From positions 62,001-126,000 of the IMG/VR virus record IMGVR_UViG_3300030419_008158: a DNA stretch of 64,000 nt. One strand, given 5' to 3'. Below are positions 19,565 through 29,114 of this stretch, in pieces. The notes beneath the pieces are model-generated. The model made no database searches and was not told the DNA's origin. It saw nothing but the letters and a program-made list of their open reading frames with translations. Numbering within the stretch: position 1 is the stretch's first letter; the number at the start of each line of letters is the position of its first letter. The position numbers and the translations under genes are program-made.

Positions 19565-19572
19565 TAAATATG
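19565..19572 (-). promoter_or_regulatory. Putative late promoter motif CATATTTA
   Basis: Consensus copy in the short intergenic gap. Confidence 0.55.
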
Positions 19573-19573
19573 C

Positions 19574-20035
19574 TTAAAGTGGACCAGGTGTCGTTCTTTC
19601 TAGAACTTCGCTCCAATTTTTTGTCGCCTCACCAAAAAGTGTGCTAATATCAATTCCTGCAGAACCTCCTCCTACTGCTGGTGACAAAGGAGATTCAAGA
19701 TTTTGTGATGTTGTGGGCATTTGACGCTCATGTCCCATCTGCTCTTGAAGTGTTGTTCTTGCTGTGTCTGCCAAGATGCTTTGCAAAACAGGATCTGAAG
19801 TTGCTGCTGAAGCGGCTTGATTGACTTTTGTATCAAACGTAATGTGATCAGATGCACTTGGTTTTCTTTCAAACGCTTCGTCCATTTGATCAAACAAGCT
19901 TTTCTTTTTTGATGGCTGCTTTGTACGATTTCTCTTTTCAGATATTACATCTGTTTCTCCAAGCCCTTCAGATAAAATTTCAACAAGGCACTCTTTGACT
20001 ATTCCTTTTAGCATTCTTTTTGTAATTTTAGCCAT
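19574..20035 (-). CDS. Putative internal head protein with KITKRMLKGIVKE leader
   Basis: Leader similar to that of the 19252 ORF; ILSE and VISE candidate protease sites. Confidence 0.6.
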   Translation of the reverse strand: MAKITKRMLKGIVKECLVEILSEGLGETDVISEKRNRTKQPSKKKSLFDQMDEAFERKPSASDHITFDTKVNQAASAATSDPVLQSILADTARTTLQEQMGHERQMPTTSQNLESPLSPAVGGGSAGIDISTLFGEATKNWSEVLERTTPGPL

Positions 20036-20430
20036 TAGCCCACTCCTTCAAACCCATTAGATCCCGTCATTGCAGGAAATTCTCTGACGTTTGTAAGACC
20101 TGCAACTATTGTAAAACTGGTTGTATTTTCTGCTGCCAGTATAAAGACTTCAGTGCATTTAACAGGTATCACAGGGCCGGCTGTTGAGGCGGGAACATAA
20201 TATCTATTCTTAGTTTCTGTACCTTTTATGCCGTTCTCAGTAAATCCCACATACAAGCCGTTGGCATCTGGATTTGAAACTTGTAAGAACTGCGTCACAT
20301 ATGGAAAAGCTACTCTAATTGGCGTCGAAGCTCCTGCTTCTCCCGAAGCTGAACCTGTCACGAATGGAAATCCACTTACTTGAAATTCCGATGTAGATCC
20401 ATGGTGTGCTTTTGCGTAATGTATGCTCAT
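20035..20430 (-). CDS. Hypothetical beta-rich virion protein (possible head decoration)
   Basis: FQVSGFPFVTGS, beta-strand pattern and C-terminal GFEGVG; TAATG coupling with the protease gene. Confidence 0.55.
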   Translation of the reverse strand: MSIHYAKAHHGSTSEFQVSGFPFVTGSASGEAGASTPIRVAFPYVTQFLQVSNPDANGLYVGFTENGIKGTETKNRYYVPASTAGPVIPVKCTEVFILAAENTTSFTIVAGLTNVREFPAMTGSNGFEGVG

Positions 20431-21035
20431 TATTTCCACTCCTTGATATCGTTGAATAGTCTAAACAAGCGATCCGATTTTGTGAAATGTCGATCTAAAT
20501 CTGCTCGGGAAAAGTCTTTTCCCTCCTTCATCATAAAGGCACCTGGTGTGGAAGGTTCAGAGACGTAGTCCCAACAAATAAGTTGAAAATCATCTTGGAC
20601 CACATCGTAGTCGCCGTCTCTTCGTGTAGACCCCACCCCTCTAGAAGAGATACCCAAAGTCACTCCAGATTCAACAAGACTTTGAAGAATTTTTCCGCTG
20701 GGGGTATCAAGAAGCTCTACAGTACCATAACACACATCACCATCCATATGAGCCTCACGTATTATATGCGAAGCATTTTTTAGCTCCACAACTGAGGAGT
20801 CTGGGTGGTCGCACTCGCCGAGCGCTCTGTTTTCCTGGATAAATTTTTGATAGTTTCTAACTTCTCTTTCCAGAATTGCCTGGGGATAAATTCTGCCGTT
20901 TTGATTCAGGGTGTCTGCTTTCTGCAGAATGCCTTTCATAATAATTTTACCACCATTTAGCTCTTTACTTTCTTTAATTTGCTCAGGGGTATAATTGAAT
21001 GCCAGCCATTCTGTCAATAGTTTTCTATCACTCAT
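20430..21035 (-). CDS. gp21: Prohead core protease (T4 gp21, peptidase S77)
   Basis: NQNGRIYP, RALGECDHP, ASH, TPSGKI, GISSRGVGS and DYVSEPSTPGA. Confidence 0.95.
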   Translation of the reverse strand: MSDRKLLTEWLAFNYTPEQIKESKELNGGKIIMKGILQKADTLNQNGRIYPQAILEREVRNYQKFIQENRALGECDHPDSSVVELKNASHIIREAHMDGDVCYGTVELLDTPSGKILQSLVESGVTLGISSRGVGSTRRDGDYDVVQDDFQLICWDYVSEPSTPGAFMMKEGKDFSRADLDRHFTKSDRLFRLFNDIKEWK

Positions 21036-21852
21036 TTGAACTCATCTCCTCGAGCAAGTGTATAAGATGTAATGTCTTGCTGACAACGTTGTCAGATTTT
21101 TCTTCCGGTAATGATTCGACATTTTTTCTAACATCATCTATGCTCTCACTAAGTAACTTATTTTCGCACGATCTCTTAAATTTTATCAATGCAGCCTCTG
21201 CTCTGACTTTTGTCTCCTTGACTAGCTCGATAAATTCTTCTTCACTACCTAAAATAGACGTCTCGAGAATCTTTTTCTGCTCTTTGCTGATCTGGTTTTT
21301 ATATTTGCTTTCAAATTTTTCAAACATAATTTTTCGGACCAGAGGATCAAAATTGTCACTCTCTGTTGATTGTGTGTTCTCGCTTCTAGACAACCACTCA
21401 ACTATCACTTCTTCATATTTTGCCTTTTCTGTATAATCTAAGTGAGACGATCCTCGCCACTCATTTAGCAAAGATTGAACAGTTGCAAATAAACGATAAT
21501 TTGAAATCTTGAGATCATAAAATCTCATAGATTCACTCATTGTTGTGTTGATATCCTTGATTAGTAGAGATTTTTCTTGTCGAAGTCTCTGTCTATCATG
21601 ATTTTTTGCTGCTCTTTTGCTTTCTTTTAGAATTCTTTCCGCGATAGAGCGTGAGCCTACTGGAACATTCACCATTGCATTAAAGAGACGAAATTCTCTG
21701 TAAAGCTCCGTTCCAGGTCTAAAATGTTTTGCTATAATTTGAACTGCCGTCTCCGCAGATTTCTTGTCTTCGGCGATCAGAGAACTAGCGACGTATCTAA
21801 CTAATTGCTCATGAATCAAACCGACGTTGCGTTTTTTGTTATGCTTCGCCAT
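21028..21852 (-). CDS. Hypothetical protein between portal and protease
   Basis: 274-aa helical ORF beginning KHNKKRNVGLIHEQL; overlaps both neighbours. Confidence 0.7.
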   Translation of the reverse strand: MAKHNKKRNVGLIHEQLVRYVASSLIAEDKKSAETAVQIIAKHFRPGTELYREFRLFNAMVNVPVGSRSIAERILKESKRAAKNHDRQRLRQEKSLLIKDINTTMSESMRFYDLKISNYRLFATVQSLLNEWRGSSHLDYTEKAKYEEVIVEWLSRSENTQSTESDNFDPLVRKIMFEKFESKYKNQISKEQKKILETSILGSEEEFIELVKETKVRAEAALIKFKRSCENKLLSESIDDVRKNVESLPEEKSDNVVSKTLHLIHLLEEMSSNE

Positions 21853-23758
21853 TTCGGTCTTCTCCGTTGTTGTCGACCTCTTCTGATAAGAGAGATTTTC
21901 TATTAATATTTATAATGCTGTCCATAGATAACATCATTCTTTGTAGATCATTGGTAAGTCTAGGGCGCCCAAGTTCACTATTGTGCTCTGGCATGGGGTT
22001 TCCTAAAAAGTCGGAATCAAAAGGTTTGTTAAGAGAATCTTGGCCGCGACCAGATTTTCCAACAGAGACCATTTTGGCAAAATCGGGCATGTGAGTAGAT
22101 CCCGGGCCATTTCTTACTTTTGTACTAGCTTTTATAGGACCGCCAAATGCATTTAGGCGACGCTCAGCCTTTTCAGGGGCATTTTCATCGTCCATAGATA
22201 AGTCTAAAAAGTAATCATCATTATCTTCAATTTCTTCTTTTTCATCATCGGGTGTGCTTCCTGGAAGTGCTGTCAAAAGATCACCCTCGGGTCTATCTCC
22301 CGAAAATAAATCTCCAGCTTCATCTCCGCCTTCATCTCCCCCACCTTCATCAGCAGCTGCATCAGTTGCCCCGGCTTCGACTTCCGCGTCTTCGATCTTA
22401 TCAGCAATTCTTCCGTCTTTAATGTCAGATATTTCTTCAGATGTAAGGCCTAATATGTTTCTTCTAAGCCATGCCCTATCGACAACACCTTCTGGTGCAG
22501 TCCCTGCTATCTCAAACTGTGATCTTATAAGTTCTAATTTTTGTTGTTGTGCAACTGAAGATGGGTTTGTCAAGAGAAGACTAAAATCTGACAACTGCTC
22601 ACCTTCAAATCCATGACAATATAAGTGAATCATGGCCAACTTATTTAGTTCCGCGATCATTGTCTTTTGAATTCTCTGAATTGTTCTAGAAAATCTAATG
22701 TCTTCTTGTGCTAAAGTTGCTTTAGCACCTACATCTTCATCGTAACCCAAATAAGCTCGAGGAATCTTTAGCGCCGCGAAAAGTTTTTTCTGTATGTACT
22801 GAACGTCTTCTATTGCTGCTGTATTTTGGCCGCCGGCGAGCGTATCAATTTTTGTCCCTGTTTCACCGCCTCGAACAGGCATAAAATAATCTTCATCTAC
22901 TGAGTATGGATTATAACGATAGTCTACCTGACCATTTCCTTTGTCTATTACAGGCTGTCGCTTTAGGCTGGTCTGTGCTTGTTGCATATAGTTTTCAATT
23001 TCATCGGGTGCAATATTACCCACGTCAATATAGAATACTCTGCGCTCGGGAGCTCTAATCACTCGATAGACAAGCATGGCGTCCTCCATAAGAATTAGCT
23101 GGCGCCAAATTCTTCTCGCTGATTCTAAGACCGAGGCGCCGTACGGAAGAAACGCATCGTTTCCTAACAACCTAAAGTGACTTATTTGCCAATTTTCTAA
23201 AACTTGGTTTCCCTGCGTTATCCATCGAAATCTAACTGCCATTGGGTCTTCTGCATCAAACCCTTCTTCTCTTTCAATTTCACTAATTGATATTGGATAT
23301 GCGTTGATGACGCCATATTCCGGAGATATATCATTAAAGAGAAAAAAGTCACCATACTTGCATAGATTTCTTGCCCACATCACCAAATTAAAGTCAACAT
23401 TGAGAACATCATAAAAAAGCTCCTCAAGAATCTCTTGAACTCTGTTGTTTTCCGAGTATATGTGAAGAACTCTTCCCTTGTCATCACCGCTCACTGTCTC
23501 TTCTGCGTATATGTCTAATGCAGCTCCAATTTCAGGAGTTGCCTCCATTTCGCTAAAGTCGCTATACCGAGACATTCTATCAAATGCCCCATACGCGCTT
23601 AATGTACTGTTATATACGTCACTGTGTGCTTTTCTAAAAACTTCTAATGCTGAAGATGCGCCGGTCTGGCTAAAGTCGCGCACTTTTCGGCGAACAACCG
23701 GTCCAGAGCGGAACAGCTTTGTAAGCCTGGTAAAAAGTGATCCCTTGTTATCTGCCAC
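21839..23758 (-). CDS. gp20: Portal protein (T4 gp20-like)
   Basis: LMEDAMLVYRVIRAPERRVFYIDVGN, EDYFMPVRGG, TLAGG and LFAALKIP; acidic C-terminal extension. Confidence 0.95.
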   Translation of the reverse strand: MADNKGSLFTRLTKLFRSGPVVRRKVRDFSQTGASSALEVFRKAHSDVYNSTLSAYGAFDRMSRYSDFSEMEATPEIGAALDIYAEETVSGDDKGRVLHIYSENNRVQEILEELFYDVLNVDFNLVMWARNLCKYGDFFLFNDISPEYGVINAYPISISEIEREEGFDAEDPMAVRFRWITQGNQVLENWQISHFRLLGNDAFLPYGASVLESARRIWRQLILMEDAMLVYRVIRAPERRVFYIDVGNIAPDEIENYMQQAQTSLKRQPVIDKGNGQVDYRYNPYSVDEDYFMPVRGGETGTKIDTLAGGQNTAAIEDVQYIQKKLFAALKIPRAYLGYDEDVGAKATLAQEDIRFSRTIQRIQKTMIAELNKLAMIHLYCHGFEGEQLSDFSLLLTNPSSVAQQQKLELIRSQFEIAGTAPEGVVDRAWLRRNILGLTSEEISDIKDGRIADKIEDAEVEAGATDAAADEGGGDEGGDEAGDLFSGDRPEGDLLTALPGSTPDDEKEEIEDNDDYFLDLSMDDENAPEKAERRLNAFGGPIKASTKVRNGPGSTHMPDFAKMVSVGKSGRGQDSLNKPFDSDFLGNPMPEHNSELGRPRLTNDLQRMMLSMDSIININRKSLLSEEVDNNGEDRNGEA

Positions 23759-23773
23759 AATGTCTCCTTGTCA

Positions 23774-23782
23774 CTAAATATC
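23774..23782 (-). promoter_or_regulatory. Putative late promoter motif GATATTTAG upstream of portal
   Basis: Exact consensus followed by AAGGAG RBS. Confidence 0.6.
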
Positions 23783-23817
23783 TAATTCCAGAAATTATAG
23801 ACAAGAAGAGAAAAACG

Positions 23818-25416
23818 TTACTTTACAAGCCAATCAAATTCATCAATATCTTCTTCAGCTCTCCTCTTAGCAGAGTATGCATCAGCTGGCATTGGAATAA
23901 ACGGGTTCATGTTGTTGAAGTGACGAACAGGCTGTGGTGCTTTTTTATCTTTTGCATTTACTGCAAATCCGCTAAGCATTGCTTTTGAAACATCGACATT
24001 TTTTACGAAATGAGTAGTTCCTGCCTCAACAAGAGAATTTCCTATCGCAAGAGACATTACTAAGTCGTCATGTGAGCCTTTTTTAGCTTGTGCTTTATTG
24101 CCCTTCCACACGAATGTCTTTAGTTCTTCTATAAGCCTTCCTGACCTTACACGCAGTGTTTTATTTCTCAGCCTTTCTTCCAAGAGCGTCAATATTGGCC
24201 CGCGAGTTGCTACATTTGTATGAAAGCCAATTTTGCCTACTGAAGCTGTTGGATCATTCCCATAAAGAGTATTGAACTTGTCTTTGGCTGACTTGAAATA
24301 AAGATTATTGTAACCCAGTTCCACTAGCTTTAATATTGTAGTGTAACCAAATGTATTGTTTTCAGGACAGACTAGTGCATCGTTAAATCTTTTACCCGCT
24401 TCTGCCAAAAGAATTCCAAACTGATCGGGTGGTATTTTTCCTCGAAACTCGGCAATTTGTTCACAAGTTTTAGAATCAATAACTTGAAAAGCAGAGTAGT
24501 CACCTCCGTCTCCTCTGGCAACGTCAGCAGAAATTACATATTGACCGTCTTTTTCTGGGTATTTCCACTGCCAGACATTCCCTTCTGGGCCCCACTTTTC
24601 AATTGGAGTCTCGACTTGCATTCTTAGCATTTCAACAATTTCACCAGAAACAAATGTGTCGCCTGAAGCGGAAAAGTCACAAAGCAACTCTTGAGCGATT
24701 TGCTTCTTTGACATATTTCTTGATTCTGCCTCTAACCAAGCTTCGTCTCTTTCTGGATGCACCCACCACGGAAGTTCAATGTGATTAAATTGGTTTTTTC
24801 CAAGTTTTGCTTCTTCAGCCAGCTTGTGATACATCCCGCCAATACCATTGGGTGTGCTTATTATTACAGCTCGTCCACCTGTGGAAAGAGTAGAGTATAG
24901 CCCCATCCAAAGCTCATCAAAATTTCTAATAAAGGCAGCCTCGTCAACTATCAAAAGTGAGAGTGCTTCTGATCTACCGGCGTCTTCGGAGGTCGGAATT
25001 GCCTTTATTTGTGAACCATTTGTAAACGCCACATGTGTTTTTGTCCTTTCTTTGACGGCAGGTAAAACAAGCCATGGAGGAAGTGCGTCGAGGGCAATTT
25101 TTACTTTTTTTATAAAGTTTTGTGCGACAGCTAATTTGGTTGCAATAACGAGAACATTTTTATCTCTATAAAATATAGCTAGCCAGACTGCATATATTGC
25201 CGATACTGTGGATAAGCCTAGCTGTCTAGATTTGACAATTACATTGAATCTATGCTCATTATAAGCTCTAACACAGTCATCCTGAAACGGGTATGTGTCA
25301 AACTTAATTCTTCCTCGTTGTGGGTGTTGGATTTTGGCATACTTGTTAATGAAGTAGACAGGATCCTTTCCGCACTTCACAATTTCTTTTGCTTGCGAAG
25401 CTGTTGGCCCAGCCAT
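23818..25416 (-). CDS. terL: Terminase large subunit (T4 gp17-like)
   Basis: KCGKDPVYF, KSRQLGLS (Walker A), LIVDEAAF (Walker B), ISTPNG, SADVARG and HDDLVM nuclease motifs. Confidence 0.96.
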   Translation of the reverse strand: MAGPTASQAKEIVKCGKDPVYFINKYAKIQHPQRGRIKFDTYPFQDDCVRAYNEHRFNVIVKSRQLGLSTVSAIYAVWLAIFYRDKNVLVIATKLAVAQNFIKKVKIALDALPPWLVLPAVKERTKTHVAFTNGSQIKAIPTSEDAGRSEALSLLIVDEAAFIRNFDELWMGLYSTLSTGGRAVIISTPNGIGGMYHKLAEEAKLGKNQFNHIELPWWVHPERDEAWLEAESRNMSKKQIAQELLCDFSASGDTFVSGEIVEMLRMQVETPIEKWGPEGNVWQWKYPEKDGQYVISADVARGDGGDYSAFQVIDSKTCEQIAEFRGKIPPDQFGILLAEAGKRFNDALVCPENNTFGYTTILKLVELGYNNLYFKSAKDKFNTLYGNDPTASVGKIGFHTNVATRGPILTLLEERLRNKTLRVRSGRLIEELKTFVWKGNKAQAKKGSHDDLVMSLAIGNSLVEAGTTHFVKNVDVSKAMLSGFAVNAKDKKAPQPVRHFNNMNPFIPMPADAYSAKRRAEEDIDEFDWLVK

Positions 25417-25421
25417 AATGT

Positions 25422-25802
25422 CTATTCCATTTCGAGAGTATGATTCATTCGATAATAAGCAACTTTTCTCGGAGAATTAGATGTTGATTGAATCAGCTCT
25501 ACATTATCAGACATTGAAACATCTGTCAATTTAAGCGCATTTCCAGATGCCTCTTTGAAATCTTTCTTCAATTTTGTAACATAATCTAAGAGGCGAGAGT
25601 GCGACTCTTCTTTGCAGCGATTTACCTGCTCTGTAAGGCCGGTCTCAGATACAAAATGAACTAATGTTGTATATTTGAGAGTCATCGTATTACCCGCAAG
25701 ATCACACTTTATAGAATAATCACCTGCAGGTGATGACATCTTTCCGTAAGTTGTGTTGACTAAGTTTCCTAATACGTTCACATCATTGAATGTCATAATC
25801 AT
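25422..25802 (-). CDS. Hypothetical protein upstream of TerL
   Basis: ORF likely starts at ATG 25802 (ATGA overlap) or 25796. Confidence 0.65.
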   Translation of the reverse strand: MIMTFNDVNVLGNLVNTTYGKMSSPAGDYSIKCDLAGNTMTLKYTTLVHFVSETGLTEQVNRCKEESHSRLLDYVTKLKKDFKEASGNALKLTDVSMSDNVELIQSTSNSPRKVAYYRMNHTLEME

Positions 25803-25978
25803 TTCCTTGCAATTTTTGGTCGCCAACCACTGTTCCATTTATCAGCATTCGGGTAGTAGTAAGTATCTACACAATCAGAACATGCACCGTGTTCCAAGAA
25901 CGTATTCATGTCAACATCATCTTTAAGGACAATTTTGCACACTTGGCAAACGTGTGCCTTCTCATAGCGGTCTACCAC
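25799..25978 (-). CDS. Small zinc-finger protein (CxxC...CxxC, GWRP)
   Basis: CQVC...CSDC...WNSGWRP; probable GTG start at 25978 behind GAGGAAG. Confidence 0.65.
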   Translation of the reverse strand: MVDRYEKAHVCQVCKIVLKDDVDMNTFLEHGACSDCVDTYYYPNADKWNSGWRPKIARK

Positions 25979-25994
25979 AAGACGATAACTTCCT

Positions 25995-28900
25995 CTAAAG
26001 GAATGTGACTTTTGAGTCATGACCTTTGCTTGCTGAGATTTCAATGACATTGTCGACCACGTCCTTTACTGTATCTACATGTGATATGATTAATATTGTT
26101 TTGAAAGTTTTTGTTAAACTTCTTAGAAGAGCAGTACAGGACTCAATATTTGATGAATCAAGTGCGCCAAATCCCTCGTCAATAATCAACATATCAGACT
26201 TTGGAAGGGAAGAAACTCTTATAAGTGCTGTTCTAATAGCTAGAGATGCCATCATCTTTTCCATCCCGCTGCAACACTCAATAATTCTTCTAGAATCACC
26301 GTAGTCAAGTATGATGTCCATTCCTTTGTTATCAGATTCTAACTCTACTGTAAACCCTGTTACACCAGTAAGAATATTTGCAATCTCTCTATTGATTACA
26401 GGAAGCTTTCTCTTGACGATCTGTAGAGGAATTCCATCTCGGCTCAAAGACTTATTGAGCAAGCTCAAAACTGTATATTGTAAATTATTTTCTTCGTAGC
26501 ATATACGATCTTTTCTTAGCTGTTTAATCTCTGCGGTCAGCAATCCGATTCGCTCTGAAAGGCTTTGAATTTTTCTTTTTGCTTCATCTCGTTTATCTTG
26601 AGCAATTTTTCTTTTCTTTACAAGAACATCTCTCTGCTTTGCTGTTTCTTCATCACACTGATTTACTCTCATTTTATCCAAAATAGAAGATGCCTTTATT
26701 TTTTCCTGTTCTGTGCTTCTAATTCTGGATTCTAATCTGACAGATTCTAGATTGATAGTTGAAATTCTCTGGCGAATGTGGGATATTTTTTGATCATGAT
26801 CTTCTTTTTCTCGTAGCTTTTCATCGACATTCTCCTTCAATAGCTTCTTCATCTCTGACTTAAGTGCCCTTACATATTTTCTGGACTTGTTCAAGCCTTC
26901 TTGCTTTTCAAGCATTGATTTTTCTGCTTTTTTTGCACTGATTATGTACTTGCACGACGGAAAAGAGTCTCCGCACGGAACATTAGAAAGCTTTTTTACT
27001 TCTCGCTTGTCAGATTTTAGTTGTGCAGCTTTTGTCTCAACCTCTCCAATTGATGTAAGCAACACCTTCTCTGTCTCTGTTATTTGTGTCTTTACTTCTC
27101 TCAATCGATCATGGTCAATTTCTGAAGCTTGACTTGTAAGGCTCTCCATAGACTCCCGGAGTGTTTCTTTTTCGATCTTTTTGGAGTCTAAATCAGCTGT
27201 CATCGCGACAAACTCAGACTCAAGCTGTTTTGCCTTTTCTTCTTGATCTTTTACTTCGGAAGCTGTATATTTCTCATCTCCTGGTTGACTCTCTAAGGAT
27301 AAATTTAGTCCACTCAAAATTTCGTTTATCTTTTCAAGCGCTTGTACTTCATCTTCTCTTTCTTTTTTTCTCGCTTCTATTTTTGTCTTTTTGTCATAAA
27401 TTTGAGCATCAAACTCTTTTTCAGGAAGCTTTGCAAGCGCAGATTTTGCAGCTGTAACTTCGATCTTCAACACATTTTGAAGTTGGTCTAGTATGTCAAG
27501 TCTTAAAAATTTTGCCAAAATTGTTTTTCTTTCAGCTGATCCGTGCTTTACAAACCTATTGATGTCTCCTTGTGATGCCAGCGATGTTAAGAGAAAATCA
27601 TCCAGTGTCCCTATTTTTTGTCTCAATATTTTTTCAGTTTGTCGACGCTGCTCATCGGAAAGATCTTTTACTGGTGTTCCTGTGTCGTCACACTCAAACA
27701 GATTTAAATGAGTTGTAGCGCTAACTTGCCCTTTTCTGTTTGTCTTTTTTACTGTCTGTCTATCAATAAGGATATTTTTTCCTTTTTTACTCACAACTGC
27801 TTTGACACGACAGTGATTTTTTCTAGCATTGACAACATGCATGCTTTTCATGGGCCCTCTATCTGTACCATTAAAGAGCGCATATGTTAGCGCGCCGCAG
27901 ATAGATGATTTACCACTCCTGTTTTTTCCAAAAATTCCCGTAATTCCAGTGGAAGAATCAAAATTTACAATATTGTCGTCGCCATACCCAAAAATATTTT
28001 CAAACTCTATCTTTCTAACCGACCATCTACCAGATGCAACATCATCAGAAATTTTTGCCTTATTCCAAGCATCTGCAAGAGATTTTGACATCAAATCTAG
28101 AGTTCTGTCGCTTAAATCTGTGTTCGAATAGTAATCTTTCACCAAAGACCAGACTGACTCATAGCTGTCCAGGGCTTCATTGTCTTCAATCATTTCGTCT
28201 GAAATTTGTCTAGCATCTTCAGTTTCTTCTGTTTTAAAGACTACTTCTTCTGGCGAGGAAACACCTTTTATTGCTGCCCTTATCTGTGTTCTTTCTGCCT
28301 GTGTTACATTCTCGCTCACCCTAATTCTAAATCTGGATCTTTCAGGGTTTTCTTCTACCAGTGTCTGTAAATCATCAATATCCCCTGTGTACTTTAGTGT
28401 GACAAAAGGGGAGTTGTGATAAACTTGAATATGCTTTGCTCGAAACTCTTTTTTATCAATTACCCAAAACAAGAATCCTTTGTCGGGAGTTTCGCCATAA
28501 TTTTGCTGTATTGTAGAGCCGCAATACGCCACTCTGTCTGTCAAGAATTGTTGTTTATGAATATCACCCAAAAGCGTGTAGTCAAAATCTTTGAAAAAGT
28601 CGACACTAGTAGAGCTTTCTAGAGACCAGTTTTCATCTGTTTTTGATCCGTGCACTGGTCCGTGAAATGTAGCTATGTTGATCTTGTTGGGATCGGGCAC
28701 AACAAACTCCCACCCCTTTTCATCAAAACAACTAAAGACACATAAATTATATTCGTTCGTAATAGGGTAGACTCCGGATTTTTTATAGAGTTTGATTCGG
28801 CAATCATCAATGGCATTTATTATCGGTGTGATTGCATCCTCTCTATCCGGATTTAAAATAAGACCGTCATGATTTCCTAAGGTGACATGGACCTCAGAAA

Positions 28901-29114
28901 TTTCTACCAGACTTCTAAACCACCATGTTAAATGACTTATAAGCTCCGGAGAGATACCCTGTGTCTTAGAGTGGACAATATCGCCCGCAATAAGAATAAT
29001 GTCTGGCTGTAATATCCTAAGTTTTTTATATGCATCTTCAAAGCTCTTCCTGTACTCATCATGTCGAGTCAAACTTCTCCAATGAACATCTCCAAAGTGA
29101 GCAATTTTAATCAT
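25995..29114 (-). CDS. Fused Mre11/SbcD nuclease - Rad50/SbcC ATPase (T4 gp47-gp46 fusion)
   Basis: Metallophosphoesterase motifs GDVH, GDIVH, GNHD, FHG and GDIH; then Walker A GKNRSGKS, Q-loop SLASQG, long coiled coil, CSGME signature, IIDEGFGALD and ISH. Confidence 0.92.
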   Translation of the reverse strand: MIKIAHFGDVHWRSLTRHDEYRKSFEDAYKKLRILQPDIILIAGDIVHSKTQGISPELISHLTWWFRSLVEISEVHVTLGNHDGLILNPDREDAITPIINAIDDCRIKLYKKSGVYPITNEYNLCVFSCFDEKGWEFVVPDPNKINIATFHGPVHGSKTDENWSLESSTSVDFFKDFDYTLLGDIHKQQFLTDRVAYCGSTIQQNYGETPDKGFLFWVIDKKEFRAKHIQVYHNSPFVTLKYTGDIDDLQTLVEENPERSRFRIRVSENVTQAERTQIRAAIKGVSSPEEVVFKTEETEDARQISDEMIEDNEALDSYESVWSLVKDYYSNTDLSDRTLDLMSKSLADAWNKAKISDDVASGRWSVRKIEFENIFGYGDDNIVNFDSSTGITGIFGKNRSGKSSICGALTYALFNGTDRGPMKSMHVVNARKNHCRVKAVVSKKGKNILIDRQTVKKTNRKGQVSATTHLNLFECDDTGTPVKDLSDEQRRQTEKILRQKIGTLDDFLLTSLASQGDINRFVKHGSAERKTILAKFLRLDILDQLQNVLKIEVTAAKSALAKLPEKEFDAQIYDKKTKIEARKKEREDEVQALEKINEILSGLNLSLESQPGDEKYTASEVKDQEEKAKQLESEFVAMTADLDSKKIEKETLRESMESLTSQASEIDHDRLREVKTQITETEKVLLTSIGEVETKAAQLKSDKREVKKLSNVPCGDSFPSCKYIISAKKAEKSMLEKQEGLNKSRKYVRALKSEMKKLLKENVDEKLREKEDHDQKISHIRQRISTINLESVRLESRIRSTEQEKIKASSILDKMRVNQCDEETAKQRDVLVKKRKIAQDKRDEAKRKIQSLSERIGLLTAEIKQLRKDRICYEENNLQYTVLSLLNKSLSRDGIPLQIVKRKLPVINREIANILTGVTGFTVELESDNKGMDIILDYGDSRRIIECCSGMEKMMASLAIRTALIRVSSLPKSDMLIIDEGFGALDSSNIESCTALLRSLTKTFKTILIISHVDTVKDVVDNVIEISASKGHDSKVTFL

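Noticed and set aside
23818-25416. Intein or intron in TerL or other core genes
   Set aside because: TerL has normal length with contiguous motifs; no splice-junction or homing endonuclease motifs were seen.
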